64,000 nucleotides of DNA from the NCBI GenBank assembly GCA_900317025.1, contig ONFG01000004.1, positions 20,454-84,453 on the forward strand. Reading direction: 5' to 3'. The position numbers and the translations under genes are program-made. Below, in pieces: positions 8,810 through 17,263 of the stretch (position 1 is its first letter; each line of letters begins with the position of its first letter). A model generated the notes under the pieces. It saw nothing but the letters and a program-made list of their open reading frames with translations. It did no database searches and was not told where the DNA came from. The stretch comes from an uncultured Eubacteriales bacterium. Its GTDB lineage: Bacteria > Bacillota > Clostridia > Oscillospirales > Acutalibacteraceae.

Positions 8810-8959
8810 TATTCGTCTTTAATAATGCAGGAGCCGATCTGCTCGTTATTTGACCGATAAAGATTGAAAAACTTTCTCTTCAATGATATAATATAGCTAC
8901 GAGCTTGCTTTACAATAATGCAGCAAAAGCGTACATTACGAAAAAGAGGTATTTACCAT

Positions 8960-9925
8960 ATGAGCAAAAGCCTGAGCAGGCTGTGGATAATCATTCCCTG
9001 CTACAACGAAGAAAACGTACTTCCCATCACATCGGAGCTTTTTTTGAATGAGCTTAACGATCTCATAGATAAAAAGAAGATCGCTGAAGACAGCCGCATA
9101 CTTTTCGTAAACGACGGCAGCAAAGATAAGACCTGGAACATCATCTGCGACCTCGCAAAGATAGACCCTCACTATATCGGCATAAGCCAGAGCCGCAACA
9201 GAGGTCACCAGAACGCCGTTCTTGCCGGAATGATGGAGGCAAAGGAAAAAGCCGACATCACGATCTCGATAGACTGCGACGGTCAGGACGATATCGCCGC
9301 TATGGAGGCCATGGTGGACGAGTATCACAACGGCAACGAGGTAGTTTACGGCGTAAGAAGCACACGCAAGACCGACACATTTTTTAAGCGCTTCACCGCA
9401 GAAAGCTTTTACAAGCTTCTCAACGCGATGGGTGCCGAGGTCGTTTTTAATCACGCAGACTATCGCCTCGTTTCGTCAAAGGTACTGAAGGAGTTCGCCG
9501 AATTTCAAGAGGTAAATCTTTTCCTCAGAGGGCTTATCCCGCTCGTCGGGTTCAAGAGTACATCAGTCTACTATGAGCGTCACGAGCGCATCGCAGGCGA
9601 ATCGCATTACCCGCTAAGCAAAATGCTCGGGCTTGCCTTTGACGGCATAACGAGTCTCAGCGTCAGACCGATACAAATGATAACCATGTTCGGCTGCTTC
9701 GTGGCATTCATGAGCTTCCTCGGGATAATCTGGGCGATCATCGACGTGATACTCGGAAAGACCGTTCAGGGCTGGGCAAGCATGACGTGTATAATCTGCT
9801 TTTTCAGCGGTATCCAGCTCATCTCTCTCGGCATCATCGGCAACTACATCGGAAAGATATACATGGAGGTCAAGCACCGCCCGAGGTATATCATCAGCGA
9901 GCGCACATGGGAAAATGAAGAATAA
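8960..9925 (+). CDS. Family 2 glycosyltransferase with C-terminal TM helices (GtrB / polyprenol-phosphate glycosyltransferase type)
   Basis: ORF 8918..9925 trimmed to ATG 8960 (MSKSLSRLWIIIPCYNEE...). It has VNDGSKD and DCDGQD (DxD) motifs and two C-terminal hydrophobic helices. Confidence 0.85.
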   Translation: MSKSLSRLWIIIPCYNEENVLPITSELFLNELNDLIDKKKIAEDSRILFVNDGSKDKTWNIICDLAKIDPHYIGISQSRNRGHQNAVLAGMMEAKEKADITISIDCDGQDDIAAMEAMVDEYHNGNEVVYGVRSTRKTDTFFKRFTAESFYKLLNAMGAEVVFNHADYRLVSSKVLKEFAEFQEVNLFLRGLIPLVGFKSTSVYYERHERIAGESHYPLSKMLGLAFDGITSLSVRPIQMITMFGCFVAFMSFLGIIWAIIDVILGKTVQGWASMTCIICFFSGIQLISLGIIGNYIGKIYMEVKHRPRYIISERTWENEE

Positions 9926-9940
9926 TCTTAAAATTTATAA

Positions 9941-9970
9941 GCGGGTACTCGATGAGCACCCGCTTTTTTA
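9941..9970 (+). terminator. Rho-independent terminator
   Basis: GCGGGTACTC...GAGCACCCGC stem followed by TTTTTT. Confidence 0.8.
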
Positions 9971-10065
9971 CTAATAATTATACTAATACTCAAAACGCGC
10001 CTGCAGCGCTATAAAAAGCTTTTAAAGCTTTTTAATTGAGTTTAGTATAACATCATCTTGTTTTA

Positions 10066-10731
10066 TTATGGAAAACCCGTCTCACCGCCGTTATCAAAGG
10101 CAGCTATCTTAGAGCGGATCTCGCTTTCAATCGCAGCAAGCTGCTCGTAGCCCGTCGTCTCGCCGACGTCTGAGAGATACTTTTTATGTACTTCGACGCT
10201 GCATATGCGTCTGTCGTGAAGGAAGCCCTTATCCTTGTACTCGGCTTTTATGATCTTAGTTTTTACAACGTCGTTAGCGCCGGAAAGTATCATCGTAAAC
10301 ACGTTGTAGGTATCTCTTATATCGTCGAAAACGCCCCTCAACTCGTCAAATGAAAAGAGCCTTGCGCTGCCCTTTGAGATTATGTATTTACGCCCGACGA
10401 TAAGATCTCTGTTGAGATAGACCGTACCGAATCGAAAATCCTCTTCGAGAAGCTTTGCCTCGGGGCCTTTTGCTATCTCTCCGAGCCGCTTTCTCAATCG
10501 CACGCCGTCTGATATGTTCATTATGATTATAACAAGGGAAACGCCGAAAAGCAGCGATACTGCGACGAATATAAATTTGTTCATCGGCAGACCTCTTCTC
10601 AGCCGCACGAACCGCTGGAAAAGCCTGTGAAACACGTAGAGAATCATCGGTATCGCGAAAAGTAAGGCCGGCTTTGCCTTCTGAAAGCCCTTGATGTAGG
10701 CGTAGATCTCTTTTTTTAAGCTTTCGTTCAT
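10066..10731 (-). CDS. Membrane-anchored protein of unknown function (paralog of 16637..17197)
   Basis: 221 aa, SD GGAGAA upstream, two N-terminal TM helices. DFRFGTVYLNRDLIVGRKYIISKGSARLFSFDEL aligns with DFQTGISIFDNTMIVGNNCIISRDLGRITFFNEI of the other ORF. It lies directly downstream of maf. Confidence 0.75.
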   Translation of the reverse strand: MNESLKKEIYAYIKGFQKAKPALLFAIPMILYVFHRLFQRFVRLRRGLPMNKFIFVAVSLLFGVSLVIIIMNISDGVRLRKRLGEIAKGPEAKLLEEDFRFGTVYLNRDLIVGRKYIISKGSARLFSFDELRGVFDDIRDTYNVFTMILSGANDVVKTKIIKAEYKDKGFLHDRRICSVEVHKKYLSDVGETTGYEQLAAIESEIRSKIAAFDNGGETGFP

Positions 10732-10747
10732 AGCTTTTCTCCAAATG

Positions 10748-11302
10748 TCACAGAAGCATTTTCAGCTTCTGCTTCAGTGTGCCGACAGGCATTCCGACAA
10801 CGTTGTAGTAGTCTCCGTTTATTCTTTTTACAAGAAGCGCGCCCTTTCCCTGTATGCCGTAGGCTCCCGCTTTGTCCATAGGCTCGCCCGTGGCGATGTA
10901 TTCGTTAATGTCCGTATCTGTAAGGCGGTAGAACTCTACCTCTGTCGTCTCCGAAAAGCTTATGTTCTGCCCCTTGTAAAAAACGCTGCAGCCGGTTATT
11001 ACCTTGTGGGTCCTGCCGGAAAGAAGCTTGAGCATCTCTGCCGCCTGCGACTCGTCCTCAGGCTTGCCGAGCATCATATCGTCGATAAAAACGCCCGTGT
11101 CGCAGCCGATAACGACGTCGTCGGCAGGTCTTTTTTCGGCTATGTGCCTCGATTTTTTCAGCGCAAGATACTCGGGATACTGCTCAAGCTCAATGCTCCT
11201 TCTTACGGTTTCTTCTATATCGGCAGGGATGATCTCGAATTCTTCAAATATAAGCTTCAAAAGCTCTTTTCTTCTCGGCGAAGCCGAAGCAAGTATTATC
11301 AT
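10748..11302 (-). CDS. maf: Maf-like nucleoside triphosphate pyrophosphatase / septum formation protein
   Basis: 184 aa: MIILASASPRRKELL... and ...KAGAYGIQG..., the Maf family signatures. Confidence 0.9.
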   Translation of the reverse strand: MIILASASPRRKELLKLIFEEFEIIPADIEETVRRSIELEQYPEYLALKKSRHIAEKRPADDVVIGCDTGVFIDDMMLGKPEDESQAAEMLKLLSGRTHKVITGCSVFYKGQNISFSETTEVEFYRLTDTDINEYIATGEPMDKAGAYGIQGKGALLVKRINGDYYNVVGMPVGTLKQKLKMLL

Positions 11303-11424
11303 TTTTCATTCTCCTAACGGTTTTATGCAAAGTGGTATATCCAATTTAATTTTACTACATTATCATTTCAAACGCAAATTAAAAATGCACAATTAATCAT
11401 TTTACCATTCGGTAAATATGACGA

Positions 11425-11453
11425 TTGACAGGTCAATATGAATGGTGTAAAAT
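11425..11453 (+). promoter_or_regulatory. Sigma-A type promoter (TTGACA-17-TAAAAT)
   Basis: TTGACA at 11425-11430, a 17-nt spacer, then TAAAAT at 11448-11453. This also argues against the track start ATG 11438, which lies inside the spacer. Confidence 0.6.
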
Positions 11454-11491
11454 TACACTATAAGATATATTCAGCAGTTCAGGTGATGAAA

Positions 11492-11926
11492 ATGGATAGA
11501 AGTGGATTCATAAAAGCCTGTGACACAAACCTAAAAGCGGTAAGAACCGAATTCTCGTTCAACCAAGAAAAGATGGCGTACATTCTCGGCATATCTAAAA
11601 AGACGCTCGTCGAGATAGAAAAGGAGCGCTCGTCGCTCGGGTGGTCGGGAAGCGTTACGCTTTGCTCGATCTTTCACGAAAGCAGCGTTCTTAACGAGAC
11701 CTTCGGCGATGTTTTCTCTCTTATTCATGAGATCGCGTTTGAAAACAGCGAGCCGAACTACAGAAAAGCCAATACCACCCGTATATGGTGGCACACCGTA
11801 TCGGAGAAGAAGGGCTTTATCATTGAGCAAAACATCGTTTCACAGCACTACCGTCTTGTGGCGCCCGACAACAGCATACTGGCGTCGTCGTTTGATCTCG
11901 ACGACCTGCTCAAGCTTATAGGATAA
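11492..11926 (+). CDS. XRE-family helix-turn-helix protein with uncharacterised C-terminal domain
   Basis: ORF 11438..11926 trimmed to ATG 11492 (SD AGGTGA; ATG 11486 is also possible). NQEKMAYILGISKKTLVEIEKERSSL is an XRE-type HTH. The stop is 11 nt before the next gene. Confidence 0.75.
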   Translation: MDRSGFIKACDTNLKAVRTEFSFNQEKMAYILGISKKTLVEIEKERSSLGWSGSVTLCSIFHESSVLNETFGDVFSLIHEIAFENSEPNYRKANTTRIWWHTVSEKKGFIIEQNIVSQHYRLVAPDNSILASSFDLDDLLKLIG

Positions 11927-11937
11927 GGGGGATATCT

Positions 11938-14900
11938 ATGGAATTTGTATTGACTTTGACTGTCATAGCCGTTATCGTTCTGGCGTTCTTCGTGATCAGT
12001 CTTCACTCAAAGAATAAACGTAACGAGGACGAGCTGAAAACAGTAAGAAATCAGCTTCGCGATCTCTACAACAAGTCGTTCTATATGTACGATATGATAA
12101 ACTCGATGGAGGCGCCGCCACAAAAGGCTCAAAAGACTTCTGAAGGACCCGCTCCCGAGGTCATATCAAAAAAGCCTCTTGCTTACCGGCAGGAAACAAA
12201 CAACGTTTCAACAGCTCAGCCCGCCGTTCATGCAGTCGAAGCTTCACCGAAGCCATCGCTTACGCTTGACAAAGAAAAGGCACAAGCGGCAGCCCCGGCT
12301 GCTCAGCCTGCAAATGTACAGACGGCAAGCGTTCAGCCTGTACAGCAGACAGTGGCAACCGATGAAAATGCTGCTTCCGCTGCCGCTCAAAGCAGCGCCG
12401 TGAGAGTAAATGTCCCGACTTCGCCTTCACAAACGAATATCCCGAAGCCTATCGCGCAGCCGGTTCGATATGGAGAGGATCTTTACCACAGCGAGAAGGC
12501 AAAGCTTTCGCAGCCGCAGAATAAGCGCCATATCGAAGAGTGGCTCGGAACGAGGCTTTTCAATATCGCCGCTTCTCTGCTCATATTTATAGGTCTTATA
12601 CTCTTCTGTACGCTCAGCACGGAAGAGGTAACAAATACAATGAAGATGGCGGCAATGTTTACCGTCAGCGGAGGCTTTATCTGCGCCGGCGCGTTCCTTT
12701 CCCGCAAGGATAAATCCATCTTCCCGCTCGGAATGCTCGGCTGCGGCTTCGGCGCATTCTTCATTTCGATACTTCTGTCTCACATCTACTTCCACTCTCT
12801 CGGCGATATAGCGGCATTCGGGCTTATTCTTGTGTGGTCGGCGTTAGCGCTGTTTATGTCAAAGAGGCTCAATTCCGTTATCCTGAGCGTTACGGCGCAC
12901 GTCGGCACGGCAGTTTCAATCTGCTTCGCCTTCACGCTCGGCTTTACTGCCGAAAGAGTGATACTGCTGACGATTTACCAGCTTGCGGCTATCGCCGTTA
13001 TCATCATCGGCAACATATTCTGCTGCCGCAAAACGTATCGCTTCGGCCTTATCATGTCGCAGTGCCTTCTCCTTTATACTTCTATTGCTATGAGCAGGGC
13101 TTTCAGCGAAAAGTTCATCATGCCTGAGTCTATTTCCGCTGCGTTTGGAATCACCATTTTTGCCGTTCAGTTTATCGCTGTAAGCTTTGTTTCTTATCTC
13201 GTTTCGACTTCCGCCGCAGCACTTGAAAAAGAAGGCTCCATGATCCGCGAGAACGCAAAGGATATCGAGGAGAAAAAAGACTTTAACAGTGCCTTCGGCT
13301 TGAAGAGAAACGCCGAAAAGCTCTTTATGGCGGCTTCTTCGGTCCATGTAGTGAACAAATTGCTCTGGGCGTTCGGCACGCTCTTCTCTGCCGGCAGCAT
13401 AACGCTCTTTGTCTCTCAAAACGTATACAATAAAGACGCGATACTTCCCACGACTATCGCTCTGTGTGCCGCAGCTATCCTGCACCTTGCGGTAACTCTC
13501 TTTTTGGAAGAGAAACTCAATTTCAGCGACCATCTGGCAACTCTTTCTATATGGTTCATCTCTACGATGATCGTAGTTTCTCTCTTTGTCGGAGCGTACA
13601 ATACAGGTCTTCCGTTTGCGTTCATTTACGCTATGCTTCTCATCGGCATCTTCAAGCTGACAAAGAACAAGGGCGTAACGCCGATCACCGCAGCTGTCCT
13701 CTTCGCCGAGGCAGTTTATATGAACGTCTACGGCTATTTTGAGGCAGAAAACGTCTGGGTAAGCATACCGTATATGTTCGCAATAGGCGTCGTTCTCCTG
13801 CTTCTCTGGTTCGTGCAAGGCGGCGAAGAAAAACAGCGCTACTTCAAGTACATGAAGATCTCGGAGTATCTCTGGATAAGCGCCTCTATCATATCTATCA
13901 ACGCAAGCGAATTCAGCGATATCTCTATCCCGCTTATAATCAGCGAATTCGCGTTGATGAATATTATCTGCTACTTCATCAGGTTCGGCGGAGAAAACGA
14001 GCCGGAGCTTAGATCGGTAGTAAAAGTCGAATCGCTTCTTACCGTATATGTCGGTATGCTCTCGCTCTCATTTGAAAACGCCGACGCGCTTGGCGATAAC
14101 AACATCATCAAGGCAGTTCTCATAGTTATGGTCGGTCTTATCACCGCCGTTTACGTTTACGACTTTGCAAAATCTAAATCGACGCTGCTGAGAGTAGTTT
14201 CCGCGCTTACTGTCTCACTGTACGTCACATTCTTTGCGATCGGCTTCTGTCAGCACTTTAAGCCGCTTTTTATCTATGCAAACACACTCGGCTGCCGCCC
14301 GTTGCTCTTTATCTTCTCGTCAGTCCTCCTGCTTATCTATTTCTTAACGAAAGACCGCAAGCTCACGACATTTATCTGGGTAGGAATCGTATTCGATATT
14401 CTGTCCATGGGCTTTGCCGGATACCAGGCTCTTGTAAAATACGCAACCGACGGCGACGGCAACACGCTGCCTCTTCATATGATCGTAACCGGCATATCGC
14501 TTGCCCACGCCGCCGCAATACTCGGGTTCTCGTTCCTTATGAATTCGATGGAAGCCGGCAGCGAGGATCTTCCGCGCTTCAAAAAAGACATATCGAGGTA
14601 TGTATCCTTCCTATGGATAAACCTTGCTTTCCCGACTATAACATACTGGGCGTTCTATAAAACGGCACTTACCGACTATAGATTTGATCTTGCAATGATC
14701 GTTCTCACCGCCGTCAATACTGCCGTATTCGCTCTTAAATATCAGGGCGATAAAGGGACTCCGTTCAATATGACGGTACGGGTCGTTTCGGCCTTAGCCT
14801 TCTACACGGCTCTCCCGACGCTCGCCGACGGCTCGTCCGAAACGAGCGGCTATGTAATCTGCGTAATACTTATGCTCTCGCTCGCGGCGCTGTTCTTCGT

Positions 14901-15582
14901 TAAAGCGCGTGAGATCATGTCGGGCAGTCATATGGTATGGGCGCAGGTATATATCGGCATCAATTCCACGATACTCGTCAACTGCTCGTGCAGCGGACTT
15001 TCAAGCAAATTTGACTTTGCCTACATATTCTCGATAGTTACGATGATAACTGCCCTTATCTGCATCATCGTGGGCTTCGTCGCAAAGGCAAAGGGACTAA
15101 GGATATACGGACTCGTAGTCGTCATGCTCTGCATAATCAAGCTCGTAACGATCGACATCAGCGGTGCAGACTCCGTTGCCAGAGTTCTCGCATTCATTGT
15201 CGGAGGCATTATCTGCTTCATTATAAGCGGTATCTACAATACGTTTGAAAAGCGTTTGAAAATAGTTGAGCAGCCTCAGCCCATTGCGGTAATGAACGGC
15301 TCAGGCGCTCCGGCACAAAGCTTTTCCCATACAAGCGCCCAGCCTATATATGATACAGCAACAGGGGAGATGTTCGGAAGTAACCCGCAGGCAGAAAACT
15401 CTTCGTCTCAAACACCTGCCCCCGAGATAACTCCCGAGCAGAAAACTGCCGAGCCTGTTATCGAATCAGCTACGGAAGCACCGACAAACGATTCACCCTC
15501 CGAGGTGAGCGATAAAACTGAGGATAAAACCGAAACATCAGACAACACCGAAAGCAAAGACAAAACAAAAGATCAGGAATAA
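11938..15582 (+). CDS. Giant polytopic membrane protein, DUF2339-like (1214 aa)
   Basis: N-terminal TM helix, then a charged helix, then a P/A/Q-rich linker of about 150 aa, then more than 25 hydrophobic helices, then an S/T/E/P/D-rich tail. This architecture and the segment HIEEWLGTRLFNIAASLLIFIGLILF resemble DUF2339 proteins (memory-based). Confidence 0.8.
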   Translation: MEFVLTLTVIAVIVLAFFVISLHSKNKRNEDELKTVRNQLRDLYNKSFYMYDMINSMEAPPQKAQKTSEGPAPEVISKKPLAYRQETNNVSTAQPAVHAVEASPKPSLTLDKEKAQAAAPAAQPANVQTASVQPVQQTVATDENAASAAAQSSAVRVNVPTSPSQTNIPKPIAQPVRYGEDLYHSEKAKLSQPQNKRHIEEWLGTRLFNIAASLLIFIGLILFCTLSTEEVTNTMKMAAMFTVSGGFICAGAFLSRKDKSIFPLGMLGCGFGAFFISILLSHIYFHSLGDIAAFGLILVWSALALFMSKRLNSVILSVTAHVGTAVSICFAFTLGFTAERVILLTIYQLAAIAVIIIGNIFCCRKTYRFGLIMSQCLLLYTSIAMSRAFSEKFIMPESISAAFGITIFAVQFIAVSFVSYLVSTSAAALEKEGSMIRENAKDIEEKKDFNSAFGLKRNAEKLFMAASSVHVVNKLLWAFGTLFSAGSITLFVSQNVYNKDAILPTTIALCAAAILHLAVTLFLEEKLNFSDHLATLSIWFISTMIVVSLFVGAYNTGLPFAFIYAMLLIGIFKLTKNKGVTPITAAVLFAEAVYMNVYGYFEAENVWVSIPYMFAIGVVLLLLWFVQGGEEKQRYFKYMKISEYLWISASIISINASEFSDISIPLIISEFALMNIICYFIRFGGENEPELRSVVKVESLLTVYVGMLSLSFENADALGDNNIIKAVLIVMVGLITAVYVYDFAKSKSTLLRVVSALTVSLYVTFFAIGFCQHFKPLFIYANTLGCRPLLFIFSSVLLLIYFLTKDRKLTTFIWVGIVFDILSMGFAGYQALVKYATDGDGNTLPLHMIVTGISLAHAAAILGFSFLMNSMEAGSEDLPRFKKDISRYVSFLWINLAFPTITYWAFYKTALTDYRFDLAMIVLTAVNTAVFALKYQGDKGTPFNMTVRVVSALAFYTALPTLADGSSETSGYVICVILMLSLAALFFVKAREIMSGSHMVWAQVYIGINSTILVNCSCSGLSSKFDFAYIFSIVTMITALICIIVGFVAKAKGLRIYGLVVVMLCIIKLVTIDISGADSVARVLAFIVGGIICFIISGIYNTFEKRLKIVEQPQPIAVMNGSGAPAQSFSHTSAQPIYDTATGEMFGSNPQAENSSSQTPAPEITPEQKTAEPVIESATEAPTNDSPSEVSDKTEDKTETSDNTESKDKTKDQE

Positions 15583-15592
15583 ATTACAAATA

Positions 15593-15630
15593 GGGGAGAG
15601 CCGGGACAAGCGGCTTTCTCCTTGTTTGTG
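15593..15630 (+). terminator. Rho-independent terminator
   Basis: GGGGAGAGCCG / CGGCTTTCTCC, an 11-bp stem with two G-U pairs, followed by TTGTTTGTG. Confidence 0.65.
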
Positions 15631-15858
15631 CGCGGTCGTCTCCTTTGAAGGTACACGTACAGCATATTATGTCAAGCACCCCGCAGGAATATGCCCGTCC
15701 TTGTGACGGTCAGCGCTTGCCGACACACGTAGATGTAAAATATCGTCAGATAGAAAAGTAAGGCGTATTCGATACGCCGATCCGTGTGGAGACCGGCTAA
15801 GCCTTACAAAAAAGTAAAATCGGAACTGCCTGCGCCCGCTTGGGCGCCGCCCGCCCGG

Positions 15859-15887
15859 TTGAAAAAAATATAGTATGGTGTTATAAT
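15859..15887 (+). promoter_or_regulatory. Sigma-A type promoter (TTGAAA-17-TGtTATAAT)
   Basis: TTGAAA at 15859-15864, a 17-nt spacer, and an extended -10 TGTTATAAT ending at 15887. Confidence 0.65.
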
Positions 15888-15925
15888 AGTGTTGTTGGAA
15901 AATTTCTTCCGAAAGGGTGTTTATA

Positions 15926-16621
15926 ATGAGTAAAAAAGCTGATCTGAAAAAGGACGTAAAAAAAGATAAGATCCCTATCCCGGATTACACAAAGGGCGAA
16001 GAGATATTTAATATGGTAACGCATATCGTCGGAGGAGCTATGGGTATCGCCGTGGCTGTGCTGTGCATCGTTTTTGCGGCGAAAAAGGGTAATCCCTACA
16101 GCGTTGTGAGCGCCGCCATCTTCGGCTCGATGATGATCGTGCTTTACAGTATGTCGAGCATTTACCACGGATTAAGCCCTAAGCTGAGAGCAAAGCGCGT
16201 TTTCCGTGTTCTGGATCACTGTACGATATTTTTGCTTATCGCCGGAACATATACGCCTATCGCTCTCTGCACGCTCAGAGAGTATAATACGGCACTCGGA
16301 TGGGTATATTTCGGGATCGTGTGGGGTCTTGCATCTCTCGGCGTTACGCTTACCGCAATAAACCTTGAAAAATTCAAGGTCCTCGGAATGATTTTTTACA
16401 TTGCGCTGGGCTGGTGTATCCTGCCCGTTTTGCCGAAGCTTCTGACGATAATGGGAAAAGGCGGCGTTATATTCCTCTTTCTCGGCGGAGTAAGCTACAC
16501 CGTCGGCGCAGTGCTTTACGGCGTGGGGAAGAAGAAGCGCTATATGCACTCCGTTTTTCACATCTTTATCGTGGTCGGAAGTCTGCTGCACTTCTTCTGC
16601 ATTCTGTTCTATGTGCTGTGA
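15926..16621 (+). CDS. Hemolysin III / PAQR family membrane protein
   Basis: ORF 15917..16621 with ATG at 15926 (SD AAAGGG). Seven TM segments with the SSIYH, LDHCTIFLLIAGTYTP and HIFIVVGSLLHF motifs typical of HlyIII/YplQ. Confidence 0.85.
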   Translation: MSKKADLKKDVKKDKIPIPDYTKGEEIFNMVTHIVGGAMGIAVAVLCIVFAAKKGNPYSVVSAAIFGSMMIVLYSMSSIYHGLSPKLRAKRVFRVLDHCTIFLLIAGTYTPIALCTLREYNTALGWVYFGIVWGLASLGVTLTAINLEKFKVLGMIFYIALGWCILPVLPKLLTIMGKGGVIFLFLGGVSYTVGAVLYGVGKKKRYMHSVFHIFIVVGSLLHFFCILFYVL

Positions 16622-16636
16622 TTGAGAGGTGTGAAG

Positions 16637-17197
16637 ATGTACGATCAATTAAAGGCATATTGCGTCGCGCGCCGCACTCCGCGCACCGTGTTATCTATTA
16701 TTATCGCCGTCGTCGTATCCGCCTTCATGTACCCAACGGTCGGCTTGATGATGACGTCATTTGGCTTAAAGCATATCGACTTGGGCGTGATAGTCCTGGC
16801 AGTGTTCGGCGTATGGCTCTATCACGCGATACTCGCGAAGCCCGAGAAGCGTTTTGAAAAGAAGATCGCCTACTGCCAAAGGCACGGGCTGCTCGACTCC
16901 GTTTACGCCGATTTTCAAACGGGAATTTCGATCTTCGACAACACCATGATCGTCGGAAACAACTGCATAATCTCGCGCGATCTCGGGCGAATCACCTTCT
17001 TTAACGAAATTCAGGCGATACGTCAGAAGCTCGTCACAAAGGGCGACGAGGAATCGGAGGAGACATTTCTGTATTTTCAAGCTATGGTTCGCAGCCGCTG
17101 GGTAACATTATCGCACAACGGCGGCGGGATCACCGGATATGAAAAGCTTGGAAATTATCTGATATCAAAGAATCCCATGATAGTCGTAAAAAAATAA
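16637..17197 (+). CDS. Membrane-anchored protein of unknown function (paralog of 10066..10731)
   Basis: ORF 16622..17197 with ATG 16637 after GAGAGGTG. Two TM helices plus the conserved IVG..IIS..F.E block shared with the 10-kb ORF. Confidence 0.75.
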   Translation: MYDQLKAYCVARRTPRTVLSIIIAVVVSAFMYPTVGLMMTSFGLKHIDLGVIVLAVFGVWLYHAILAKPEKRFEKKIAYCQRHGLLDSVYADFQTGISIFDNTMIVGNNCIISRDLGRITFFNEIQAIRQKLVTKGDEESEETFLYFQAMVRSRWVTLSHNGGGITGYEKLGNYLISKNPMIVVKK

Positions 17198-17208
17198 TTC
17201 TCAAACAC

Positions 17209-17244
17209 AAAAGCATCGGACAAATCACTGCCCGATGCTTTTTA
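17209..17244. terminator. Bidirectional terminator between convergent genes
   Basis: AAAGCATCGG / CCGATGCTTT stem with T-runs on both strands. It sits between the 16637..17197 gene and the gyrA stop. Confidence 0.8.
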
Positions 17245-17263
17245 TTATAAATATTTAACCGAT

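Noticed and set aside
12916-13818. 300-aa minus-strand ORF inside the DUF2339-like gene
   Set aside because: It is antisense to a frame with a continuous TM-helix pattern. The product is rich in R, E and D with no motif and is probably a shadow ORF.
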